The notes: generated by a model not told the origin, from the sequence alone. Positions 36,155 to 48,694 are shown, numbered from the whole stretch's first letter. The stretch is DNA of 55,069 nt, filler included, from Sluysia triapertura (GCA_046118255.1; 4 parts of 4 records of this genome joined end to end with filler, not necessarily neighbours in it); one strand, 5' to 3'. Numbers and translations are program-made.

Positions 36155-37676
36155 TTAAGATTATGAAATTATAAAAGAATTGGCAAAAAAACTTAAAGCA
36201 AAAAATAAAAGTAAAAGTAAAAAAATTAGTGTCTAGAATTACAAAAATACAGATTATAAGCTAAAAAAATGGTTGAGAGATTGCACCAATGAGTTTGGCT
36301 ATAGATCTTTTCAGCTAATAATGAATGATTTTGTGTTGGATTGTTTGTTAACCAAAATGAGTTAATAAATTAATAACAAATAAAGTTTCAACTGAGAAAA
36401 TTGAATTTCGTAAAATTGAATTATGCGAAAAACAATTCATCTTTGAATCAGATTTAAATAAAATTGATATTAAATTCAATGATACTAATGATATTGTAAT
36501 TTAAAAATGTTAATGATGACTTAAAAGTTAATTTAGGTATTTCAGTATGTAAGACCGTATTAAACCAAAGTCAGTTATCTAAAGGTCGGCTTAAGACACC
36601 GAATAATATCTTTGATCATCGCACATGAAACTGGTTTCTACTCAATGTTTTCAATTTTATTCTTCCTAGAATAAAAGCAAAATATGACATAAGATTATTT
36701 TCATCACAACAGTCAGCAGTATTAAATAATTTAGATGTGTAGAAGCAAGCAATATGTCTAAATTATGTAATAAACAAAGCATAATAAGTTGGCAGGGAAA
36801 AGCAATTGTTAATGGAAAAATAGATGAAATCAATTTTCCAGAATTAGTACATGTTCTTATTTCGGAACTTAGACGCTATATGTTATTTAGTGAACGAATA
36901 CTAGAAATATATGTACATTCTAAAAAGTATTTAAAGAAATCAAGCAGACTATGTGTAATAATGTATCCGATGATTACTAATTTATATATTTCATTTTCTG
37001 ATAATGCTTTATATTTTGAAGTTTTAAGTAATACTAATAGTATTTTGATACTAATAGTATTTTCACTGAGTCAATTTTTCAAGGGTTCTTGAAGCAGCAA
37101 ACTTTTCTAAGCCGATTGTAGATACATTTGATATATCATTTACAATGGCTACACCAAATGCACATTGCGTAGATTATATATATTATAATGAAATATGAGT
37201 TGGCACCGAAGTAGCTAATTCACATTTATTTGGTTTTAAACACTATAATAAATTTTTATTACTTTGTATTAGATAAATAATTATTACAGATATTATCGTT
37301 ATTATTATTATTATTATTATTATTTAATCATTATTAATATTACATTCTTTTATTCTTTAAATGTCTATGTTTCTTTTCTTTACTTTCTTTAGTTCTGCAT
37401 GATCTTGTATAAATTAAACATTTTTGATATTTGAGTATATAAATCATCTTTAGAGTAAATTATTTAGTGTAACGTTAATATTAAGTGATTTCGAGTTTAA
37501 ATTTTTTATTGAATAAGGTTGTGAAGTGCTTGATTGGAGGGTTATGAGATACAAAATGTAAGGACTATTAAATGATCAAGAAATGCGATTTAACTTGAGA
37601 ATTTTGTTAAATATGTTATGAATTAAAAATTTATTATGTGCTGATTAGATATAATGAGCTGAACTTATACTTATTA

Positions 37677-38444
37677 TACATTATATTGATATTGTATAAT
37701 AATGATATCGTCTCATCCGTTAGGGAATAATTTCTATTGACAAAATTCATTCCACCACTAACAATTTATCAAAAAATTGAATTAATTAATTTTATATTGT
37801 TTCTCAAGGATTTTAAGGCTAAGGCCTTACTTAATCCAGGTAACGACAAAAAGTTGACCGGATCCAATCCATCTTAATTACTACATTTTTGTCGGCATTG
37901 TTCAGAAGTGACAACTAGCAGGTAAACATATAATTTCAATTACAACAGTACGTAATCTTGAGATTAATATATTAAAATAAGGCCCAAATCTTATGTGGTT
38001 TATTACATTTATCATTAGATATTTTATCAATATCCCAATTATCCGGCATTGATTTAATATTAGTCAATGCAGCAACTGGAGTAGTTAAATGGTATCGAAA
38101 AATTCCTTTTAAAATATTAAATTCAGAAATTAAATGAAAATTCAGTTTCATTTATTGGTAGTGAATATTACCTATATAGGTATAGTTTACTGTAAAATTT
38201 CTGATTAGTTTAATAGATTGACAATTTTCTCTAATTGGTCGGATACAATGTGTATCCCAATTTGGAAATTGATTAAGTGAGTACAATAACTTCGTAAATT
38301 GTGGAAGACGACTGATATTGATGGTATAATTTTGTGAGAAAGTTTACACTTGTTACGTGCTGCTCCAAGTTGCTTTGTGTTAAGTTGATTTTGATCCCTA
38401 ATTAATTTATAACCAAAAACTCCGATGTACTGTTTAAGACCCAT
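37677..38444 (-). mobile_element. Maverick/Polinton protein-primed DNA polymerase B relic
   Basis: Motifs in the expected order: IRDQNQLNTKQLGAARNKCKL...ISVVFHNLRSYCTHLI (compare VRDHCHLTGKYRGAAHNxCNL...IPVVFHNLxGYDxHLI), LKGIFRY, KIWALF, YVYLLVVTSEQCRQKC, GLDPVNFLSLPGLS, SGGMN. Many stops and frameshifts. Confidence 0.85.
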
Positions 38445-38480
38445 CTGCTTAAGCCTTAAAATATCTTCATCAGTTTTATT

Positions 38481-38898
38481 TAGGGCTGGAGCTTAAAAGG
38501 ATTTTCCTTCACCGGTGTACCTATAAAAATTTTACCGGTGAACCGGTGAACCGAGAACTCCATGGATTAAACTCCCACTGAATGAAATTACAACGTAACT
38601 TTATGAATGTCGATGGCTTTTTAATAAAATAAATTATTATAAATATAAATATAGTATAGAATATATTATACTATATATGTATATTATTCCAAAATGAGAC
38701 GTTTTGTATTGTAAAATATTGATTACCCAATTAGAAATTTATTGTAAATATTTTAGAATTTTATTTCAAAAAACACTCAAGAAGGATAATGAAAATTCAT
38801 GACTTTTAAGACCATTAAACTGTCATTTATTTATCGATTATGTTCATAAGATAAAATCAGGTGCAGAAAATTTATTCGATGCACCGGGAACAGCCCTG
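38481..38898. mobile_element. 418-bp non-autonomous hAT element
   Basis: Ends TAGGGCTG...CAGCCCTG, with a perfect 8-bp TSD GTTTTATT (38473-38480 and 38899-38906) and subterminal ACCGGTG repeats. Confidence 0.9.
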
Positions 38899-39682
38899 GT
38901 TTTATTATTTATTCTCCATCTTTGAATTGGTTGAATTTTAATTTCCCTTAACTTTTATTTTATTTTCTTTAATTTATTTACAAAAAACGTAGGGAATTTA
39001 ATGAATTTCAGATTTTCATCGCTGACATCCAACCATCAATATCAGAAGTTGTACTTAAATTATTGGTAACCAGTCCCTACTTTAATATTTAAAACTTGCA
39101 TGAATAATTATTATCTTGTAGTTTTGGTGGAGTAGACTTTGTAAATTACCTTAAAAATATTAAATTTACCTATTAAATTAGCCATGGTTTGTCGAATTTG
39201 ACTTTTTTGGATAATTCATTAGCTGCATTGACAAATTCTGTAACTTTTTATAAAATAGTTTTTATAAAAATGATATTTATAATGACTAAAATCTATTGAT
39301 TTAATTTCAAATACAACCGAAATACCTCTTATTTTTTATATTTCACAAATTTTAAAGAAACTTCAGTTACAAAATATGTATTATCTGATACATGTTCTAG
39401 TTTTGAAAATTATAAAACAAAATTAAATTTCGCAATGGATAATAATTTCATTTTTATTAGTATTTTACTCACAATGTAATGTCTATTTAAACAATAATCC
39501 ATGACTTTTAATGTTTTATTATATTCCATAAACAGATCAATCATAGGTCATTGAAATATTTTTGACCTATTTTTGATAAAATGTATGATTTATCAATAAG
39601 TTTATTATTATCGTCAAAAACAAAATCAATGCTAGCGGTATACTTGGGTTTATTTTTTATTTGTTTTAAATTTATTTTTTAC

Positions 39683-40045
39683 CAAATATCCTCTTAAAGT
39701 ACAATTAAGTTTTTTAAATAATGCAGCTTAAATACTGAATAATGATTTATAATTAATAATGAATAATGTCTAATACTGTTTTCGTATATTTATCATAACT
39801 CTTTATTGGAACACACTGCTTCACTCATATCTTTGGCGCTCTTGCATATCTCGAAATATATTTGTAATCATTATTAATTTTTGAATATGGAACCATTTCT
39901 ATTAAATCAGCTTACTATAATACATTTGGTTCTCATGTTTAATATTTACATGACTTTTCAGTGAGAACGCCAACGGATTTATCGTCTCTTTTTTGTTCTA
40001 CTCTTATTGTTTTTCTACTATTTCTTAACCAATTTGTACTATCGA
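39683..40045 (-). mobile_element. Maverick/Polinton retroviral-like integrase relic
   Basis: EPNVL**ADLIEMVPYSKINNDYKYI (compare DLWQADLVDMxxYSKxNxGYKYI) at 39932-39855, and AALFKKLNCTLRGYL (compare ASIVERFNRTLK) at 39728-39683. Same strand as, and upstream of, the pPolB relic. Confidence 0.75.
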
Positions 40046-42128
40046 CTCTGTCGTTTTTGATCCTCTATTACAACAATAAGATTTTATACTAAAGTTAACC
40101 AATAACTATCCATAATTATTGTATTGTTTTCAATATGCGACTAGTAATGCCCCAATAACCTACCATTTTGTTTGTAAATTACTTGACGTTTGGATTTTTT
40201 AAATCAATTAACATTTTTATATTATGCAATTTATGTATGGTTGTAGTCAAATTAACGTTACATTTATTGACGTTCGAAAAGATTTTTGTGCTTTTAATAA
40301 TTCATCAAATTTAATTTGTTTATTTTAATGAATTACAAGATTAAATTAATTTTTTTGTGATTAATTTTATTGGGTTTAATTAAAACTTTCTTAAAAGTAA
40401 TCATACTTTTTTATTTAATCAATTAATTTGTTTAAAAAAGTCATATCTCTTTAAACTTCCATTCAAGCAAGTCTTTGCGTACATCTACCGTATCTTCCGA
40501 ACTAAAACAAAACGATTAAATGTAAAAATTTGTTAAATATAAATGTAAAAAATTCTATAGATTAGGTAGGTTTAAAAGCTACTTCAAGTTTCTACTTAAG
40601 TTATAATAATACTAAAATAAAATAATAACACATTTCTTAAAAAATAGATGTTCCATTTCATTCTGGAACATTCATTTATTAATCCATGAATCCTTTAATC
40701 AATCTTTAATTAAGCTCTTTTTTAATTTGAATTTTAAAATCCTCTTGAATTTTTGTCCATAGTACATTTTTATCATATGTTTGATCTTTACGTAATCTTT
40801 AGAAGTTTCCTTATATTTTCTTTTGATAATATGTTAATAATTAGGACAGCTTAAAAGATTTACATTCAAAGATTTAAACATTACATCGATTTTTATTAAG
40901 ATGAGGGTTTGCGTTATCTGTAAATCTTCCAGATAATTTTCATAAAATATTGATTCTCATTAACTGCATGTGTTTAGCTCCAGTTAGTGTTCTTTATTTT
41001 TTTCTGATTAAAAATATAAAGTTTAACATTATAGAATGTACCGAATACCGTCACAGAGTCACGGTATAATTTGACACGTTATAACTTCAATGATTGAAAC
41101 TGATTTCATCTTTTAAGGAAGATCTCTCTATACATCACAAAGTATGACAATTCGATTTTAATTCCGTAAGAAAATATTCATTTTTTAATGCTTAAGCATT
41201 TTAGATTCTTTCTGGATCTTTTTTTATAAAAGAAGGATTAAAATTCATTCTGATATCTTATATTAATTCCATTTTTTTCCCAATTTTTGAATAGCACTTT
41301 TAATAGCAGCATTTATTTTTGTTATGTAGCTGCTTTTACTTATCTGCTTTCATAATTTGTTTATTGAAGCGTTAAGACTAATCGTAATTTCTGTCTAAAC
41401 TATTTATCCAGGTAAGGATAAGAAGCACTTTAATAAGCTACTTAATAATTCGATAAAAACTTTATTAGTATTTTGTAAAATATTTTTAATTTTTGGTTGT
41501 CTCAAATATTGGCAATACTACCTTTCAACATGCTTTTCATTATTATCATTATTATCAACTCTATATTGCAATATGACCAATAAATATTATACAGTAAATT
41601 TCTTCCTATATTTAACATAATTTGTATAGCCAATTTCATTCTTTCATTCTATACGTTAATTTTCTTCTATAATATTTGTTTGGTCTTATTATAATTCATT
41701 TTCATACTCATGTAGTTGTTTTATATTTAAGTGTTTGTTTTTTAATTAGTTTATTCCTTTCATTTTTTCATTTCTATTTTAACAAATAATGGATTTTCGA
41801 TGTTCCGACGTTACAATCTGATCTGCAAACTTATCTATTTCCTAATTAATACTGGCCAGTTAGAATCCATTCTTTTTGCAGTTTTTAAATTTTATTTCGT
41901 TTACATTTTAAAAATTCTGATACACTTACTAAGATAGTATTGTGGATGTTATTTTATATTTGTAAAATTTATGCTGTTTAATTATTAATAAATGATTGTC
42001 GTTATAAACATTATTATCAACTCTATTATTTAATTGATTACCATTACACAGGTTGTGCTTAAGGCACTTAAGTAACATATATCCAAAATAATTACTAAAA
42101 ACATAAGAGTTCAATATGAATTTATTAA

Positions 42129-42228
42129 NNNNNNNNNNNNNNNNNNNNNNNNNNNNNNNNNNNNNNNNNNNNTTAATTAATTAANNNNNNNNNNNNNNNN
42201 NNNNNNNNNNNNNNNNNNNNNNNNNNNN
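42129..42228. other. Artificial scaffold-joining spacer
   Basis: N44-TTAATTAATTAA-N44. Confidence 0.97.
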
Positions 42229-43241
42229 TATTTGCGCTTCCAAATATTTTTATATTTATTTTGAATCGGTATTAAATGCGATATTAGTTTTTCGTCCTAC
42301 ATTTTAAAATATTACTAAAATAATTCTAAATATGTTCTTGAAATATTTTGTACTTTAATGTTAATGCAATATACTGGTGTTACTCAAATGATCCAATAAT
42401 ATGAAGGTGAAACCATAATTCTCTGTGTTGTGTGTGTAAACTTAGCTTTTATTGCACGGATTATAAAGGAAATATATAAAAGTCTTATTTTCGAAGCTGT
42501 GCTGAATGAATTTTTACAGGGTGTATAATAAATAAATATCGTATTTTAATGTTCTGTAAAATGCACATGCATTTAATTGGCTCTATAATAATTTCTAAAA
42601 TTTGTTTGTTTTGCATATTTGACAGTATTTCACAACGACAATTCAAATTATCAAATTTTATCAATGCTTTTCATTCATTGATAGACGTTTAAAATTGTTT
42701 TTTTATTATTAGAAATTGTTTTATTTTATCAGGTACTATAAATAAATCTATAATTATAAGTTTTGTTTGCGGTGTTTGATTACTGAAGTAACTGTTTCTT
42801 GAGAAACATTTTTATTTTCATAGTTTTTGGTGATAATATTAGCATCAAAATAAATTTAAATTAAAACGTTTTAATAAAGCTACATGAAACAAAATATAAA
42901 TGAATTGTTCGGTAAAATAAACATTGCAATAAAAAAATATATTTGAAACTAAACATAGCTTTTTTAGCTTTTTGGTATGTGAAGTGATAAAGTTGTAGGT
43001 TGATATATAATTATTACACTAATCTCCTAATATTGTTAAATATTGTTTCTAATGTTGTTAAAAATTACATTATTTAATTAATTAAGAAAAAGAAAACGTA
43101 ATTGGATAACATGAAATTATTTTTAAATTAATAATTAAAACTGGATTTCACATTTTTGATAATTTGTACTTTTATTTGTTAAAGGTAATAAAAAGAAATT
43201 TGTAAGTTTTCTTGGATTATAATTTTATATAAAATTACAAA

Positions 43242-43244
<3 letters not shown>

Positions 43245-43310
<66 letters not shown>
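43245..43310. repeat. (AAT)10(ATT)12 palindromic microsatellite
   Basis: Read directly; ends 4 nt before the acceptor AG at 43315-43316. Confidence 0.95.
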
Positions 43311-43316
43311 TTATAG

Positions 43317-44037
43317 AAAATCCGAATCTGATATGCAAATGCTTCGTAAAACTCTTACTACGCAAATTGATGATTTGAAATCGCAATTAGATCAAACACA
43401 GAAAGCAAAACTAGCACTAGAACGTTCTAAGTCTAAATTACAAGAAGAATTGACTGAAGCACAAGCTGACGTGAATTCATTAAGATCCAATAAATTGGAT
43501 TTGGAAAAAATTAAGAAAACTAACGATTCTCAACTATTAGAATTGAGTACTCGATTAAAAGAAACTGAAAATATCAAAACGGATTTTGAATCGCGTCTGA
43601 AAGGTCAATTGGACATGACAGAGAAATTGAACGCAGCAATTGAAGAAGCGGAATCCAAATTGGTAGTATATGCTAAATCTGACAGTAGTTTGAAATCGCA
43701 ACTAACTGATTTACAACGTGATTTTGCGGAAGAAACCCGTGTAAAATTGGCTGCTCAAGGACAGGTTCGTTTATTAGAAGGTCAGTTGCATGATGTTCAA
43801 GACAATCTAGAAGAAGTTACTGAATCGAAAGAGGCAATCAGTAAGAAGTTATCCGATCTTCATGATCAGTTACAAGATATCAAACGAAAACTGGAGGAAG
43901 AAATGTTACATGCACAAGAAGCTGATGATTTGCGCAAGAGAGTGGTTAAAGAAAAAGAAGATTTACTAAACAAAATCGAAGAAATGAAAATACACATTGA
44001 TAAAATGGAAAAATCGAAATGCAAATTAGAATCTGAA
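43317..44037 (+). CDS. Non-muscle myosin II heavy chain (MYH9/10, zipper-like), rod exon
   Basis: Coiled coil with QLDQTQKAKLALERSK, SSLKSQLTDLQRDFAEETRVKLA and KMEKSKCKLESE; donor GTTAGT at 44038. Head exons are not in this scaffold segment. Confidence 0.92.
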
Positions 44038-44805
44038 GTTAGTAAAATTTTTATAAATACAGTTAATATTGAAGAAAATTGATATTAAAACAATTGTTTA
44101 ACTGATTTAAGTATAAAATAAAATGCGATATTAACGGATGTTTATTATTTTTAATTTGTATTGCAACGAATATTATTCATGATTAATTTATTCTATTTAT
44201 AAATCCCATGCATACGTTTGATTATTATGTTAATTTCATAATGTGTTATTACATCATAATTCACTGAAGTTACAACAATATAGATGCTCTTCTATGTGAT
44301 TATGAAAAGATTTGTTTATCACAATTTCGCTTGAAAATTGTTTTCGTGATTTTCTGCACAAGTTCTGGTACTCTATCGTACTAAAGACTAAAGAACTAAA
44401 AAAACACTCCTTAAGTTGATCACAAAATTTTACCAGTTACCTCAAAAATGTTACATAAAGGAACCACAGTTATTTCCTTGCTTTGATTATCATGCAGTGA
44501 TTATCAACAAATTAAATCCATGTTTATAAAATGGCAATAATTAGCAAAAGAAAGTGAATATTATTCTCTTGTGTAACACAATCAAATACACTCACAAACA
44601 AAACATAAATCGCTTGATTAGAGCTACTTTGATGTTTAATCGCAATGCCGAAGTTTTCTTAATTAAGTCCACAGGCTTTGATTTTTAAGTCCTAAGATTT
44701 TTTAATAGAAAATTCCAGTATATAGTTTCTATTTATAGAAGAAAATATAAAGTTTAAATTTCATGATTCGTTAGTTATGTTATTTCATTTCGATTTTAAT
44801 TCCAG

Positions 44806-45099
44806 ATGGAAGATATTGCACATGAAATAGCTACTCAAAAGAATGATCAGGCAACCAGTGAGCGGAAATTGAAAAAAATGGAAATTTCTCTCGCTGAGGC
44901 ACAAACTCTTAGCAAAAAGAATCAATTGGAAAAAGAAGCTCTCGAAAAAGAGAAACGTGAACGAGAAACTCGTATTCTTCAATTACAATCTACTCTTGAC
45001 GCAAAGGAAGATAAAATTGCTGAATTGGAATCTAATAAGAACTTGTTAGCTACTCAATTGAATGAATTAGAGTCGAATCAAGATGACGTCGGCAAAAAT
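44806..45099 (+). CDS. Non-muscle myosin II rod exon
   Basis: MEDIAHEI...EKEKRERETRIL...NQDDVGKN, compare AEAREKETKAL...SKDDVGKS/N of MYH9/10; donor at 45100. Confidence 0.92.
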
Positions 45100-45102
45100 G
45101 TA

Positions 45103-45154
<52 letters not shown>

Positions 45155-45161
45155 GCGTAAG

Positions 45162-45281
45162 GTTACCAATTTGGAAAAAATTAAAGTGCAATTATCTCAA
45201 GAAACTGAAAGACTCCGGACACAATTAGAAGAAGCTGAAGAAGAACTAGCTACAGCAACTATGGATAAACAACGGCTTAAT
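45162..45281 (+). CDS. Non-muscle myosin II rod exon (absent from the ORF track)
   Basis: VTNLEKIKVQLSQETERLRTQLEEAEEELATATMDKQRLN, compare [40 protein letters not shown]. Flanked by 62-nt and 83-nt introns. Confidence 0.92.
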
Positions 45282-45364
45282 GTAAGATTTTGAATTTAAA
45301 GTATACTTAAAATAAAGTATACTTAAATAACACTAGAAATTTAAATTCAAAATTTTATTTTCAG

Positions 45365-46564
45365 ATTCAAATGGATGCAATGAAAAAAAAGTATGAAAAA
45401 GATATCAGTACTCGTGATGATGAAAATGATGAACAAATTCGTGTATTAACACGTAAATTACGTGAATTTGAAACCCAGGCTGAAGAAGAGCAAAAACAGA
45501 AACATTTAGCTCAATCACAAAAAAAGAAATTAGAAAATGATATAATTAATTTACAATCTCAATTGAATGACATAGAGAAATCTCGCGATGAATACCAACG
45601 ACAAGCTCGAAAATATCAGGCTAATAATGTGACATTGCAAAAAGATTTCCAAGACATACAATTATCAAAAGAAGATATATTGAAACAATTACACGATTTG
45701 GAAAAGAAATATAAAAGTACTGAAACAGTAATTAGTCAATTGACTGAAGAATTATCCCAAGCCGATAAATCTCGCAAACAAGCTGTTCAAGAAAAAGAAG
45801 ATACTTTGGAAGAAATCGACAAAGTTACTGCTAATTATAATTCTGCTTTGGAAGATAAAAGACGTCAGGAAGCAACAGTATCAAATTTGCATGCTGAACT
45901 TGATGAAATTACGCAGACAGTAGCAGAAAATGAAGAGAAATTGAAACGAATCTCTAGCCAGTACGAGCAAGCTCAAATTGCTTTGGCTACTGAACGAGAA
46001 AATGCCAATAAACTTGAATCACGAAAAACACAATTGGAACGTCAAAATAAGGAACTTCAGGAAAAGATCATCGATGTTGAAGCTGAAAGCACTAAACGAT
46101 ACAAAGGTCAAATTACGAGTCTAAACCAGAAGATTACGTCTATGGAAAAAATGTTATCAGATCGAGCTGATGAGATCAACCTATCTAATCGAAATAATAA
46201 AAAATTGGAACGCAAAATTCGTGAATTGATGGGTATTGCTGAAGAAGAACAAAGACGTGCTGAAAGTATAAATGACCAATTGGAAAAAGCTACCAGTAGA
46301 TACAAGAAAGCAGAACGAAATTTATCTATTGAACAAGATAATATTACTTCATTGTTTAATCAAAATAAACGATTCCAGAAAGAAGCTGAAGAAGCAATTG
46401 ATGCTCGTGATGCACTAGAACATCAAGTTAGATTGCTTACAAGCAAACTTGAGAGATATGAAAGACCTACTCGACTTAAACTAAGAGCTGGACCTAGTCG
46501 AATGGCCGATACTGGTGATGGTAAAAATTCTGATGATGAAGAAAACAATAATGCAGAAGAATAA
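45365..46564 (+). CDS. Non-muscle myosin II terminal exon with non-helical tailpiece
   Basis: IQMDAMKKKYEKDISTRDDENDE..., KLESRKTQLERQNKELQEK and an acidic tail GDGKNSDDEENNNAEE*; TAA at 46562-46564. Confidence 0.94.
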   Translation: MQMDAMKKKYEKDISTRDDENDEQIRVLTRKLREFETQAEEEQKQKHLAQSQKKKLENDIINLQSQLNDIEKSRDEYQRQARKYQANNVTLQKDFQDIQLSKEDILKQLHDLEKKYKSTETVISQLTEELSQADKSRKQAVQEKEDTLEEIDKVTANYNSALEDKRRQEATVSNLHAELDEITQTVAENEEKLKRISSQYEQAQIALATERENANKLESRKTQLERQNKELQEKIIDVEAESTKRYKGQITSLNQKITSMEKMLSDRADEINLSNRNNKKLERKIRELMGIAEEEQRRAESINDQLEKATSRYKKAERNLSIEQDNITSLFNQNKRFQKEAEEAIDARDALEHQVRLLTSKLERYERPTRLKLRAGPSRMADTGDGKNSDDEENNNAEE

Positions 46565-46636
46565 TGAATTGTCAATTTAATTTCATTACATTTAATTATT
46601 ACATTAATATTATATTATTTACAAAATTTAGTTTTG

Positions 46637-46675
<39 letters not shown>

Positions 46676-48540
46676 GTAATTATTTTTTGTTCGCAGTTTT
46701 TTAATCATTAATATAGGCAATAATTTAATATTTTTAAATGATATTTTTATTTGTAATTTCTTATTTTTAATTATGATTCCTGGTTTTTTAGTTAGGTTGT
46801 GAATATGATATTATGAATTAATTATTAAGATTTTTTACTGTGTAATGGTTGAATTGTTAAAAACTAAAAGTCATACTGAAAGAGGAAAAGGCATAATTCA
46901 AAATGTTGTTAAACAATCATAAATATTAAAAAATGTCACAATTGCAAGTTATATTAAATATTTTCCCATTAGATTTAGTTGGTCCAATACTATTCGAAAT
47001 TATTCTTAACTTCAATTTAATAAAATTTGCAGTCTAATGTTTGTAAAAATCTTATATTTTTAACAATTAATGACACAATTTCAATAGAATTTAGATCTGG
47101 TGAATTGGGTGATCAACTGTAAAAAATGTGAATTCCAAATATAATCAATTTAGTTTTGATATAATTCTGAATTGCACTTAGTGAAATTAATATTAGAAAT
47201 CGCGCCTCATGTTTCGAATTATAATTCCAAGGCGTAACAGATATTCTTATTTTGCAAATATTTTCATGATATATCTACTTTTCTAGTACTTTTATCCATT
47301 ATAATCAATGTTTACTTGACAGCTGTTTTGATATTAGTTTCATGAAATAAGATATTGGACCAATAATTAGTAGACTTATTAACAAATTATTATATTTCGG
47401 ACGAATACTAGGGATCAAAGACGATTATCGAATGAAAAACAAGTAATCGACAATATATTGTTGCTTTTCACTGTTAAACTGCATTTTCTAGTTGACAAGT
47501 AATGATTTTGTGACGAAATTATTTGGATTTTCTTTAATTTTATTTTTAAATCTTGAAAATTTATAAAATAGAAAATTTGAACATTAAATTTTAATGTTGA
47601 ATTTTCTGTGTACTAAATTGGATTAATAATTGTGATATTATATTTTTTAATGCAAATAAATCTAAAATTTAAAAAATGTTTTTATGCTAATTAGTGTATT
47701 TTTAATTATAATGTAATTTTAAAACGAAATGTTTAGAATTTATTTTTTTAATTTTAGGAAAATAATATTTTAATAAATATTGATATTTATATATAAAATT
47801 GCTCACGATAACTTTTTTACTCCAAGTTTTTTATTCCTAAATGTTAAATATAAGTATATTTGTATTTTTATATTTGTATTTTATAAATATTTTCACAAAA
47901 CTGGATAAATATCTCTTCCATTTATTTTTATTATTATATTCTAATTTTGTGCTGCTCGAAATTTATTTTTACAATAAAAATAAACTGATTATATGTTTAT
48001 ATAATTAATGGGTATTTTCTTGTAAAATCTACAAATAAAGAAATATCGTAATTATATACAATCAAAGTTTGTTTATTAATATATTAAAATTAGAACTTTG
48101 TTAAAATTTTCCTTTTTGTGATTTTAATTTTCTAAATATATCCTACTAAAAATTATTATTGGATTATTACATTTGACAGATTCTATTAATAGTAAGTCAT
48201 TTCCTTTTGATAATATATTATGAATTTTTAATTTATAAAATATTTTTTTGCGCGAATTTTATGAATCTCAAGTTTATTAAATTAGTGTGGTTCATAGTCG
48301 AAGTTAAAAAACAATGCAAGTATCATAATTAAGAAATTTGATAATTATACTGTTGTGGAATACTTAATGAATGCTCAAAGTGTTTCAATGAAACTAAAAT
48401 CTAATTCAGTTTTAATCAGAAGTTTTATTTAATCAGAATATGCAATTAAAAGCGACTAATTGCACGTTTTTATCAGGTAATATGAATATTTTTAGAAAAA
48501 TAGTATTAAAGTGAATTACTTAGAGATGTGCGTTATTTAA

Positions 48541-48694
48541 TCCTTTCAATACTGCGGGGATATATAAGTCCCAGAGAATGCACATATTTTCTAAAAATCT
48601 GAAATTATGTTAACATGTTCCTTTACTTATTTACAGCACATTTAGTTCAATTATACAGAAATATCTTCACTGGCCAAAAGTCGTATTGAAAAGG
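48541..48694. mobile_element. 154-bp piggyBac-type MITE, degenerate
   Basis: TTAA|TCCTTTCAATAC...GTATTGAAAAGG|TGAA (consensus TIR CCCTTTCAATAC). A related end, GCAGTATTCAAAAGG|TTAA, lies at 2786-2804. Confidence 0.6.

Noticed and set aside
37130-37180. WCSHCK thioredoxin-like motif on the minus strand
   Set aside because: Immediately followed by a stop, with no convincing thioredoxin-fold context.
45100-45228. Poly-tyrosine tract in ORF 44806-45228
   Set aside because: Read-through into a (TAT)n intron; myosin homology resumes in another frame at 45162.
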